Below, piece after piece: positions 50,870 through 61,464 of a stretch of DNA of 64,000 nucleotides; within the stretch, counting starts at the first letter, position 1; each line of letters starts with the position of its first letter. This DNA comes from Nitrospirales bacterium (GTDB lineage: Bacteria; Nitrospirota; Nitrospiria; Nitrospirales; UBA8639), in assembly GCA_965203295.1 (NCBI GenBank), contig CBDBCZ010000015.1, forward strand, positions 1,216,001 to 1,280,000, in the 5' to 3' direction. Below the pieces are notes generated by a model. That model made no database searches and had not been told where the DNA came from. It worked only from the letters and a program-made list of their open reading frames with translations. A program made the translations under genes and the position numbers.

Positions 50870-51281
50870 GAACATTATAGAACTCTCCTTTTTTCTATAT
50901 ATATCTCTTTTTGCCACTGTGTAGTAGTTGTTCCCGATTTGGAGACCAATACACTGAAGCAGTCACATGTTTGGGGTCCCGCTACAATCGTCCCAGACTC
51001 ATCCACCAAACTCATGGCAAGAAGATTGTTGAAATTGCTCCCCCTGAGGGATGGCTCTGGAAGGGAGCTCCGCCATCTACATGATACGGCACAGCACCAG
51101 AACACCATGTTTGAATGGCGAAGGTCCAGCCAAGAAACTGCAGTATAGCTGACTGTTGTATTTATGAGATTACGGCCTGTGAGTTGCAGGAGCATGTGCA
51201 TGCATATACATATACGTATATGTAGTTGCCTTTGGCTGCTGATTGTGAAAGCTGACCATTCTTACCCTCTCCCCGTTCAAG

Positions 51282-52974
51282 GATGATCTACCTGGGAGAA
51301 AATTTCAGTGGCTTTGTTACCGTGCACAACGACAGCCAGGAGGTGGTGAAGGAAACCATCTTTAAGGTAGGTTGCAGCAGAGCCATGGAGTGAGCATCTG
51401 TACAAAATGTCATGTAACAGACAGAACTATGTACGTATATGATCTCTGTCTGGTCTTGCAGTCACCAAGTAATTAAAGCTACATAGTGTCGTGTCGTATT
51501 GCCAGTTTTTTTTATGACCATAAAATATCGGTGTGGGAAGGCTTAGTTGCGACCCTAGCAATATTAGGACAAATTATGCATGTAATGCATAGGCATAGGA
51601 GATGGCTGACTCTCTCTGTACTGAAGTTTTGTGTCTGAAGGCCATACAGATCTGCTCCGTTTATATTCCTTATCAGGACAAGTCACAAATGTCTATCGCT
51701 AATTGCTGCTATAGTTACTGCTCACTGCAGCACTTATCTTGAACTTGGCAGTGTGTATAGTAGTTGCGTCTTCACATTGTACAGGTGGAACTATTGACTC
51801 CTTCCAGCTGGACCCAGGGGGAGTTGTTAAGAGCGAATCATAGCGCATGAAGTAAAGGAACTGGGAGAGCACAGGTAAGAGATATACGTAGCCTTGATTC
51901 GAAGCTATAAGGGATACACATAACTGTCTATGTAGGTAATGAGAGAGTGTATATGCATTGAAGGGAATGGGTGGGTGGGAACATCAACATAGAAGTATGT
52001 TATGTAGCTTCATATGTGACTTACGTTATTTGGACGTAGATCTATGTCACATTCACCTGTAAAGGATATCTCCACTGTCCCTCCAGTGTTAGGCACGACC
52101 TAAAATGCTTTTTGTTTGTGAAGTCGCATGCAACACGCCTTTCAAAACCCTCATATAGCGGTTTTTAAAGTACAAATCTCTTGATTTCCTCAACGTTATA
52201 TATTACTGCAGCCTCATCTGTACTTCCACCTACACTGTGCACTCCGCAGGAGAAGAACTGTTCCTTCGCAAATTTTTCAAGTTCAATGTAAGCATTTTAC
52301 TGTAAATAGTAAAGCATTGAGTGTAACTTCGGCATTGATTGTAAGCTGTATTCAGTCCATTGCTGACAGTGTGCTAAATTATGGTCTTGTGTCTCTTTCA
52401 AATACAGGTTGCTAAACCACTTGATGTAAAGACGAAGTTTTTTAACATAGAGGTATGTACAGAGGTGTGATAAGAGCATTAGCAAAATGTTCTTCTACGT
52501 GTGTAGGGGAATTTATGTCTGTCAGGTAGCTGAAATTCTATAACCAGCCAGAGCTTGAACAATGGACACAGGGACTGTGCAGAATAGTTACAAAGTACCT
52601 GTAGCTGATCACTGATCTGCTTGTTGAGGGTTGTCAGTAGATCTACATGTACTACTAGACAAGATCAAACACTCTGCTTCATTAACAGACCATCTCAAGA
52701 ATTGTATAAAGTGCACTAACCCTGTTCCCATAGTAGCTTGTATCCCCACACTATGTATTTTCTGAGTGCCTGGGAATGAGGCCACGTAATTATGTACGTA
52801 GTTGATGGCTTGTGAATAATGAACTGCATAATAAACCACGCAGGATGATATTCTTCTTGAAGTTCAGATCCAGAACACCACTACAGGTCCAATGTACTCA
52901 GAAGTTGTAAAGTTTGACCCTGCTGCGGGCTTTGAAGCTGTTAATCTCAACAAGCTTGAAAATAAAGAGGAAGA
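51282..52974 (+). pseudogene. TRAPPC13: Partial unprocessed TRAPPC13 copy 1 (five exons, disrupted)
   Basis: AG/GT-bounded exons: 51282-51366 MIYLGENFSGFVTVHNDSQEVVKETIFK; 51785-51874 VELLTPS..QLDPG..ERIIAHEVKELGEH (frameshifted); 52212-52287 LICTSTYTVHSAGEELFLRKFFKFN; 52408-52452 VAKPLDVKTKFFNIE; 52844-52974 DDILLEVQIQNTTTGPMYSEVVKFDP. These match TRAPPC13 motifs as I recall them (IFLGETF..VHNDS, HEVKEIG, RKFFKF, KPLDVKTKF, LEAQIQN). I found no N- or C-terminal exons. Confidence 0.9.
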
Positions 52975-53159
52975 GTAAGTCCATTTGAAATGTAAAAAAC
53001 TGATGCTAACAGAGGTATAAGAATACCAGTATTTGGGTGTAGGGCTAGGAAGCAGTGTAAAATTTTAATGTTGGAGAGGAGATAAATGTAATGTTTGAGT
53101 GTAGAATAATTAGTGTGGCAAGAACCATGCATATGTGTACATATGCATGGTTCTTGTGT

Positions 53160-53214
53160 GCTACCATTGATCTAACCCTTCCGAACTATTTAGAAAATAA
53201 GCTGGTTATTCAAA
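53160..53214 (+). repeat. Orphan fragment of the satellite L monomer
   Basis: gctaccattgatctaacccttccgaactatttagaaaataagctggttattcaaa is 53/55 identical to array bases 15469-15523. Confidence 0.95.
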
Positions 53215-53463
53215 AGACTTCGTGCGCGGCGCGTAGCGCTGAGCGCTGCTGCGAGAACTCGGAACTACATGGAGCTCGCGAAGAGCTAGCTACGCCAGAC
53301 TGCGCTTATATCTACCTTTCAACCACAGCTGCGATATCTGAAAAGTGGGAGTGCGCCCATAATTTGCCTATGTCGAATGCCAGAGACAGTGCTGGAAAAA
53401 TTCTGCCAGGCCTGGTGAGCTATATGTTGTAGCTGCATGAGAACTATGACAGTAGGCATTCTG

Positions 53464-53620
53464 CCCTAGCAAGATTTCTCATCTTGCAACAAAAATCTTG
53501 CAAGATGGTAGGCATTAAAATCTTGTGTGAATTCTTGCAAGGCTCATAGGGAAGTCCTGCAAGATTAGCCTCAAGTATCGAGACTACTGCAAGATCTGGT
53601 GTAAGAACCTTGCAAAACGT
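53464..53620. repeat. Cluster of cttgcaag/tgcaagat motifs, possibly a DNA-transposon subterminal region
   Basis: About seven tgcaa/gcaagat-type motifs, including the palindrome atcttgcaagat. Confidence 0.4.
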
Positions 53621-53819
53621 TTGTCAGATTCCTCACAATTGTCTTACATAAGTTTAGTAATTATAGTAATACAAGTCAGAATATACATCGTAATAAAATA
53701 CATGTAACGTTGCCTTATGATCCTGGCTATCTTGATTCCAGTTGCTCCGAATAACAATAGATGTAATATATAATAATTCTATTAACTAGCAAGTGCATGT
53801 AACTACCAAAACCAGAGAT

Positions 53820-54096
53820 TGCATTATATGCTTGCTCTAGTTTGGTGCTTACTATGAAAACGTGTGTAGTACTATGAGTCACTTTTGTAGCTTTTGCGGA
53901 AAAGGAAACACTTTGTTTAATTACTAACGTGCAATTACCTTGGATTGACTCTACTCTATGTAATAGGAAGCATTCTACAGTTTGTATTTCCCACATGAGC
54001 TGGTGTTTGGGTGATTTCTGCATTATATAGTTGCTCTGGCTTGGTGCTTTGTATGTGGACTTGTGTAGTGCTATGGGTCACTTTTGTAGTTTTTGC
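53820..54096 (+). repeat. Diverged ~78-bp direct repeat, offset ~200 bp
   Basis: tgcattatat...gtcacttttgtagcttttgc at 53820-53897 and tgcattatat...gtcacttttgtagtttttgc at 54019-54096. Confidence 0.8.
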
Positions 54097-54360
54097 ATTC
54101 CCATATTGCCCAGCAACCCTCATGTACCCTAGGGTATATGGATGTGTATACCCTGGCTTGAAAGGCACTGCCAAAGTAGATGGGGTTTGTACACTGTGGT
54201 GGTGCCTTCCAAGTGACTAGAACTATGCAAATGTAGGTCTGTTGCTTTGCAGCTTGTGTGTATCCCAATGTAGCCCAACAAAAGCTTAGAGTAACACTGG
54301 AACTCTTGAAAGACCACCTCTATGGGTGACTTGTTGGTTTATAATTACTAAACAACATAC

Positions 54361-54645
54361 TGATGTATTAAAATGCACACATACATCGTGTGGAAGTTAT
54401 TAAATTGTGCGTTTGACCAGTCGTCTGTTTGATTCAAAAACTGCGAACTAGACATTTCTCTATACCCTTGTCACTTTCTTTGTACGTATATGCTCTTGTT
54501 TGTCCAGCTCTTAGCATTTACGTAACAGTAATCATGTGGCAACTGACTTGTTTAGCTCAGTTTCTCTTTGTAAATGTATGTACATACCCTCTTATGACCA
54601 TACATATTCACTAGCACATCACTGAACCCTAAGTTTGAATGCTCA
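54361..54645 (+). repeat. ~285-bp dispersed repeat, copy 1
   Basis: Aligns to 56973-57256 (tattaaaatgcacac...gaccagtcgtctgtttgattcaaaaactgcgaactagac...tgctca). Confidence 0.92.
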
Positions 54646-54887
54646 AAAGGTGTTCTTGAAGGTAATAAAACGGGAGGTAATGATGGACTAGTTGGGGAGT
54701 TTTTTAAGTACGGGGAGAAAAGAATGGCTAATCTGTTGATAGTCTTATATGAGGTAGTTTGGATAAGGGAGAGTGTTTCCAAACATCAGAGACAAGGGTT
54801 GATTATTAGCTTTTATAGAAAGGTGATGCTGAGGACCCAGGTAATTACAGAGGCATTACACTATTGAATGTGGTCGGAAAGCTATTT
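54646..54887 (+). mobile_element. Non-LTR retrotransposon (RTE-like LINE) reverse-transcriptase fragment
   Basis: NKTGGNDGLVGEFFKYG...LYEVVWIRESV...GLIISFY, a frameshift, then KGDAEDPGNYRGITLLNVVGKLF. These are typical N-terminal LINE RT motifs. Confidence 0.88.
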
Positions 54888-54888
54888 T

Positions 54889-55484
54889 GACCCAAGAGAT
54901 ATTAGGACAAGTTATGCATGTAATGCATAGGCATAGGAGATGGCTGACTCAGCCAAGCAGATCAGCTCCGTTTATATTCCTTATCAGGAAAGTCACAAAT
55001 GTCTATCACTAATTGCTGCTATTGTTACTGCTAACTGCAGCACTTATCTTGAACTTGGCAGTGTGTACAGTAGCTGTGTCTTCACATTGTACAGGTGGAA
55101 CTATTGACTCCTTCCCAGCATATTTGACTAGGCAGTGTGTACAGTAGCTGTGTTTCACATTGTACAGGTGGAACTATTGACTCCTTCCCAGCATATTTGA
55201 CGATACCCCCAATATCCCAGCTTGACCCAGGGAGTTGTGCATTGGTGTGGAATGGGTGGGTGAGAACATCAACGTAATAGTACGTAGTTGATGGCTTGTG
55301 AATGATGAACTGCATAATAAACCACGCAGGATGATATTCTTCTTGAAGTTCAGATCCAGAACACCACTACAGGTCCAATGTACTCAGAAGTTGTAAAGTT
55401 TGACCCTGCTGCGGGCTTTGAAGCTGTTAATCTCAACAAGCTTGCAAATAAAGAGGAAGAATAAGTCCATTTGAAATGTAAAAA
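54889..55484 (+). pseudogene. TRAPPC13: Partial TRAPPC13 copy 2 (internally deleted and rearranged)
   Basis: Copies 51551-~51830, ~51955-51990 and ~52793-52997. The VELLTPSQHI acceptor segment is tandemly doubled (55095 and 55168). The DDILLEVQIQN exon starts at 55330 and its donor is mutated from gtaagt to ataagt. Confidence 0.9.
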
Positions 55485-56972
55485 TAAAGCACACCAGTTT
55501 GTTCGTAGGTGCAATAGTATACAATGTACGTAGTTGGCTAAACACTTTCACAGAATCAGGTATTGGATTCCTGGTAGCTAGTGTCGACCAGCAGCTGAGA
55601 ACAATGCTGGATCATAACTCACAGTTAGCTGAAACTTGGAATTAACAGGTGTCACTTTATTGAACCAATAAGTGGGTAACTGGGTCTGAAGGAAGCTCTA
55701 TCAAACAGCTGCTGATCCTTGGTAATGACAATACCAATATCTGTCAACAGCATGAGTGCATTTAATAGTTTATATATATATAAATGCACTCTTGGAAAAC
55801 AGTCATGTTGATGTGCAATCACAGAGGTAGTTGGACATGTAGTGCAATGATGATCTTGTCATTATCAATAACCACTGGGGAACCTTAGCCTACCCTAGCA
55901 ACTGGGCTGGAGAAAATTAGTGTGTCTGGCTTCAGTGTCTGGCAGTTGGGTGTTGCTAACTTTTGGGTTGACTTAGGAAATCATGTTTATCAATAGTTTT
56001 TCTATTGTAATTGAAGGATTAGGAGACCAGAGAAAAGCTAAACTACAGTAGAGCCTTTGTTCACTTTTAATTCATGGAGGCTTTCCTGGTGTGAGTCAAA
56101 TTAAGCTGCTGGTCAGCTCTAGGTGCTACACACACCATCATCGCACTGACAAAGCCCAAATAGCTGTCAGTGTTTCAGTTCTTTGTACTTTACTTATGAT
56201 AGTATGTTTGTATACTTACAGAGCATTGGCCCTATTACATACGTGGACATACTTTCAAATCAGAAGAAATGCATTAGTAGGATTGGACAGGTATTTGTAG
56301 AACACTTACCAAATGGTACTTTGACACAAGGCTTTTTGCATCTTACCTCCTAGTTATATTTGTTTGTTCACACAGTTGTGTAAACAAGTGTACATTTGTT
56401 GTGGAAGTAGATTGAGTGTCACCTGTGCATGGGCTGTGGGGCATGGGTGGGGTGGGGTGACAACTTGCTCTGGCCTACACTTGTACTTTTCTTGTCTCTG
56501 TTGAGGGCACGTGGTAACTTCAGTGGTAGTCACAGAATCAAACCCATTACTTTCAGTATCAGCATGGCATGTGGAAGAGTGTCAGCATCAGGCTATCAGC
56601 ACATGTCTCTTCCACATGCCAATACTGTAAGTGATGGATGCTGTAGAATGTAAGTGGGCTGGCTTGTGAAACTGCTTTAGTGAACCAGACGCTATGAATA
56701 TTCTACAGTTGTATGTTTTCAATTGCAAGGCCTTTCATATAAGAAACTCTCCTTTGCCCATTACAATCTGTTACACAATAAAGTTTTGAGCTTTGCAAAC
56801 CTCTACCACACAGGTCAGTGCTATTTCAAATTTCTGTACTGACATAAATGCAATCTGTTGCAGTCAGGAAGCTAACTGGCATGTGAGTGGCATGATTGTG
56901 TAGCTACTGTTTCAATTAATTCAGGGTTAAGATGCCCCTCCAGTTTCCATGAACTTGGCATGATATAATTAT

Positions 56973-57256
56973 TGATCTATTAAAATGCACACATAGATCT
57001 ATAGTGTGGAAGTTATTAAATTGTACGTTTGACCAGTCGTCTGTTTGATTCAAAAACTGCGAACTAGACATTTCACTATACCCTTGTCACTTTCTTTGTA
57101 CGGTATGTGCTCTTGTTTGTTCCGCTCTTAGCATGTAGCTGTATTCATGTGGCAGCTGACTTGTTTAGCTCAGTTTCTCTTTGTAATTATGTAGATGCCC
57201 TCCTATGACCATACATATTCACTAGCACATCACAGAACCTTAAGTTTGCATGCTCA
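56973..57256 (+). repeat. ~285-bp dispersed repeat, copy 2
   Basis: Aligns to 54361-54645. Confidence 0.92.
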
Positions 57257-57388
57257 GGGTAAGGCCCACCTACTCCCAACCATAAAATAAACCATAAGCC
57301 ACATTTCTGGCCTTGGATGGAGAAAAATCAGATATAGGCCAGGGGTGGAACAGGGTTGTACGTAGTATGTCACCTATTCTATTTTCCA

Positions 57389-57600
57389 TTTTTACCCCGT
57401 GCATATGCGGCAAGGTTAAGCAATTGGTTCTGTCTGTCTGTCTGTCTGTCGTCTGTCTGTACAATGAAATAAATTGCAATGTAGAGATTTACAGGGTTTA
57501 ACAATCGCTAAATCCGACCTTTAAATTTGGATACCTGATAGTTATACCAAAAGCGGTTTCTACTCTCCACTCTTTCTTATTTAACAGGGTAAGGCCCACC
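57389..57600 (+). mobile_element. Helentron/DINE-1-like non-autonomous element fragment
   Basis: Starts in a T-run (tttttaccccgtgcatatgcggcaaggttaagc), followed by a (tctg)n microsatellite at ~57429-57460, which is the DINE-1/HINE layout. The right end is uncertain. Confidence 0.55.
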
Positions 57601-58500
57601 ATTTTTAATAGAGTCAAACAGGAGGGTAGCTGGAAGTGAGGGCAATTTAGTAGTCCATTTTGTCAGTTTGGATCAGCAATTACAATTTTTGGAGGCCAGT
57701 GATGGATGGGCTTATAATATTACAGCATACCTGTGAAGCTGTGACACTAATGTATATCCTCATTCAGGGTCTCCACTGCTGACTTTCATTGGGAAAAACA
57801 TCTGGGAACGAGCCTGGAGAATTTACTCACATTACAAAACATGCAGTAAGAACATTTACCCTCAATTTACAGAGGAAATACATTCGGACACATCCTGATT
57901 GCATTGTCCTAAGAACTTCCGCAGCGGATACAAGGGTGGAGCTTACCACTGAGGATATATACACACCCGTCAACGTTTCCAGAGATACCAATTGATCTGC
58001 CAGATGAGCCTGAAGACCTATGAATCTGACTGATCATCCCAGTGGAACTCCCCCTCCTGTTATTCCTGAAAATTATGAATTTCCTGATTTATAAATTTAT
58101 ATAGTTTGTTATGCTCACCTCGTGCATTATTAATCAGTATTCACCGATTATTATATCCTAAACGCATACAAACATGGTATAGCCTATTAAGCGCGAGGGG
58201 CTGGCTACGCGAGGCTATAGGTTCATGCTTTCAGTTAGAGTAGCTTGCAGGCTGATTCCAGCTTAAATTCAATTCGAGGCTGTATGTGAACAAAATAGTT
58301 TGTTCTCATGATATTATTTTTAAAATAGCTTGGCTATGTATAACAACTTCGTCAGGACTCGATTGAGGCTCTGGATAGGAATATGTCAGATCCGCTGCGC
58401 ACTGACGTCGCACGCGCACGGTAATCGTTTGTATTTTCGCGAACACGTGATAAGTAGCCGTACACACGGCGCCGTTCGCTACACGGAAAAGTTCTGGGGA

Positions 58501-58589
58501 ATGTTTGAGCAGGAGCTGCCAGGGGAAGGTTACTGCCGGTCCGCTCTGGGAATGACCCAGGTAGGAAGTGGTTTCGAGGGTCTCGCATG
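58501..58589 (+). pseudogene. Possible degenerate first exon of a p38-type MAPK
   Basis: MFEQELPGEGYCRSALG-MTQVGSGFEGLA resembles the kinase Gly-loop (VGSGAYGSVC). It lies in a CpG-rich stretch upstream of two clearer kinase remnants on the same strand. Confidence 0.35.
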
Positions 58590-58925
58590 GCAGACGCAGC
58601 AGCTTGTTTCCCCGGCCGTACGAGCAAATAACTAAAAACGGAGAGCCGTTTTTTTTGTTGTTGTTTTTGTTCGCTCTTGCGGGAAAAGTCTGACTGGGAT
58701 AATTTCTGGGAGCAACGCTAAGGTCACAGAGGTTTGCTAAAAGCTTTGCAACAGACTGTAGAGTAGAAACCCACAAAGCCTGCCCTACTTGCTAATGCGT
58801 CTTTCATCTAGAGTGTAATATTTAATAGGCACTATTAGTTTAGCTACGTTTCAATATTTTGTTTGCTAGTCATAATTGTTGCAAGTTTTTTTATAAAACT
58901 CTGTACCTACAGGAAGTGTCATTAA

Positions 58926-59007
58926 TTGCTTTACATGATGGCAACCTCAGTAATTTTCAGTCTTGTTTGAGGTGGAGAAATAACTACTAAGCTTCCCCTC
59001 CTTGTTT
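58926..59007 (+). repeat. ~80-bp segment duplicated at 63488-63568
   Basis: ttacatgatggcaacctcagtaattttcagtcttgtttgaggtgga...ccctccttgttt occurs at both sites. Confidence 0.9.
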
Positions 59008-59010
59008 CAG

Positions 59011-59092
59011 CCTCGGGATGTGAAGCCCAACAGCACCCTGGCGGGAGTGTTAGCTGAGTTCGTGATTGACTACCTGGACTGGAAGTTCTGTG
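59011..59092 (+). pseudogene. Heavily deleted p38-type MAPK remnant
   Basis: PRDVKPNS (HRDLKPSN-like) joined to LAGVLAEFVIDY-LDWKFC. The DNA aligns to the 60262 exon, and the following intron (gtgtcttggtagagggggtcaccagggtg) is shared with 60391-60423. Confidence 0.65.
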
Positions 59093-60261
59093 GTTAGTGT
59101 CTTGGTAGAGGGGGTCACCAGGGTGGTCCTTTATTCTCATTAGTCACATGGCCAGTTCAAGCATGCTAGTTTTGAGTAGTGTAACAGTAATTGTTGGGGG
59201 GGGAGTTGGCAGTATTCCTCAGGCTACATGTAATTGTGCACGCTAGCAGGAATACACTGTCTAGGCAGTTTTTGGACAGCCCATGAGCTTGCTAGTAACC
59301 AGCAGACAATTGCTAGGTAATCAGCAGCCCTTTTCTCCTTCTGTTTCTTTAGAGACTCCACAGCTAAACCAGCAAGTGTTTTCCTAGCCTCATTTGCCAT
59401 GGCCCTTGTTGTGCAGCTATAGTGATGATGTAATTATCAATTTGTGAATTGACTAGTTTCCTATGAGTAGCTGCTAGTCTGCTAGACCCACAAGTGTTTT
59501 GTCGGTGACTGTGTTTACGGAGCAAGCTGCAGCAGTTGGCTGGTGCAGGGAGAAGATGCTGCATGCAATTTTTGCAGAACTAAAAGGCTCAACTTAGTCC
59601 CTCAAATTAGTTGTGGGGATGGTAATCTGTAAAGTGTTGTTCTTGCCTTTTGAGGTTGCATCCCTGCATGTTCTTTCCAATGCTATTCCTTTGACTGGTT
59701 CATTTTTGAGTGGTTCATTGGGTGAGAGAAGAGATGAATGGTGGTGTAGATAGTGGCACTCAGCAGAGATGAAGTGGCCGGTAAGAGAGATATAGGCATC
59801 GTTTGCTCAGCTAGTCCAAATGTCGCTCGTGATAGCCAGACTCAAAATATCTTCTCTGAGCTTTTCCTTGAGAGCTACTTCAAAATGCTCTGAATTGTAG
59901 CTAGAGGTATATCCTGCATGGCTAGCTATGGAACCTTGCCCTCAGTTCCAGTGACACGGGTGAGGTACAGCACCGGCCATTCGTGTTAACCGCCAACCTT
60001 GGTTTACGAGCATAAACCCAATTAATTAAGCGTTGAGCCATTTCCTTTTGTTGTTGTTCACTCATGCGGTAAAGGCCTGGCTGGGATTCAGGAACAAAAG
60101 CTCACCAAACACCCAGTTATGCGTCTCACGATATTGCAGGTGTTCTCCAGGGGTGTGTAGATCCACTATGCAACCTCAATTCTAATCTTGCATGGCCAAG
60201 GTGCTTTTCTTGTTGAGTTGGGAAGTATTACATTACCACACTACCTTGTTTCCAATCTCAG

Positions 60262-60390
60262 GCTCTGGAGTGAGTGAAATCAAAGTCCTCAACTTTGGCC
60301 TGGCTCGAGCGTCAGCCGAGTTCATGACTGGCTACGTCACAACACGCAACTGGAGGGCTCCTGAGATCATGCCGAACTGGACGTGCTATG
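60262..60390 (+). pseudogene. p38-type MAPK activation-loop exon (TGY), probably non-functional
   Basis: ctcag acceptor and gtgagt donor. Translates EIKVLNFGLARASAEFMTGYVTTRNWRAPEIMPNWTCY. TGY is the p38 signature, DFG is changed to NFG, and no complete kinase is nearby. Confidence 0.85.
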
Positions 60391-60752
60391 GTGAGTGTCT
60401 TGGTAGAGGGGGTCACCAGGGTGAGCCTTTGGTAACCAAGATCTAAGTAGTCACGTTATAAGCGTGGAAGTTGTGAGTAGTGTAGCAGTGAGCTGACAGG
60501 CAAATTGACAGCATTTGATCCTAAGGCTGATGTACAGTGCTCAGAATCTAAAGAGTAAATTAATTCTGTAGGCAGCCTAGCTACTTGAAAAATAAGGCTG
60601 TGGACCAACTTCCAAGTCCACCATTGACTGATGTACTTAGTGGCCATGTTTACTAGACATTTGGAGCCTGTATTGGTATGGGCCAATGTAATGGTGTATC
60701 ATAGTACTGGTCTTGTAGCCCGGGGACTGGACTCTCCCTTCTTCCTTCTGTA

Positions 60753-60818
60753 AGCCTCATTCACTGTCTCCACTGCCAACACGCAAAAAGGTTAGCAGTG
60801 GAGACAGTGAATGAGGCT
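60753..60818. mobile_element. Hairpin mini-MITE (agcctc...gaggct family)
   Basis: 28-bp arms at 60753-60780 and 60791-60818 with one mismatch, and a 10-nt loop. Confidence 0.85.
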
Positions 60819-60881
60819 ACCACTGTTATACACAGACCATTCTGGCTAAAGAAAAGGCAATGGATGAGTAAAATGTATTAA

Positions 60882-61464
60882 GGTTAGGCCCAACCGGAGG
60901 TGAAGAAATATTATGACCGTGTACAGTTTTGACGCCCATAGCTCAACAACATGGCGATGTAAGGCCATAAAAACTATGCAGGGCTAGAGTATAGAAACTG
61001 GAGAAAGCCTTGGAACAAGAATTTTGTTGATACGTGCACCGTACAGGCACGAAATTCACTCACCTGCTCAAAACACATTCGTGGTAAATCCCTCTGAATT
61101 CAAGAGATAGATGTAGCTGAAGCCATGGCTGTATCTGTAGGACTATGGATTACATGTTTAGACATCGAGAATGAAGACTTATCGCCCTCCGCTGGAGAGT
61201 AATGGCCGTAATTGTTGGTTTTTAAAGTCGGCTCTGTAAGCTCTGGACATGTAGACCCCTTAGAAGTTTGGCATATCTGCGAGTCAGACCTACAGTTAGC
61301 TTGCGAGTCCTGGGATTTACCGCGACAGATTTTTCTGGCAACTCACTAATGCTTTCACTTTGTACGTAAAGGTATTGCATTATCATAATACATGAATTAT
61401 CTAAGGTTGCCATAGGTACCTAGCGGTGTGTGCAACTTTGCGAAACTTCCGGTTGGGCCTAACC
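60882..61464. mobile_element. Kolobok-type non-autonomous DNA transposon
   Basis: 17-bp perfect TIRs (ggttaggcccaaccgga / tccggttgggcctaacc) with TTAA on both sides (60878-60881, 61465-61468). Purine-purine termini with a TTAA TSD fit Kolobok rather than piggyBac. Confidence 0.85.

Noticed and set aside
50837..51148. 103-aa plus-strand ORF as the TRAPPC13 N-terminus
   Set aside because: It lacks the N-terminal motif I expect (LxLKVMRL) and starts inside a 15-bp tandem repeat.
53091..53432. 113-aa ORF
   Set aside because: It is a read-through of intron, satellite fragment and repeat-like DNA.
58306..58776. 156-aa minus-strand ORF, the longest in the window
   Set aside because: No recognisable domain. 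It lies in a GC-rich, stop-poor stretch, antisense to the candidate kinase exon.
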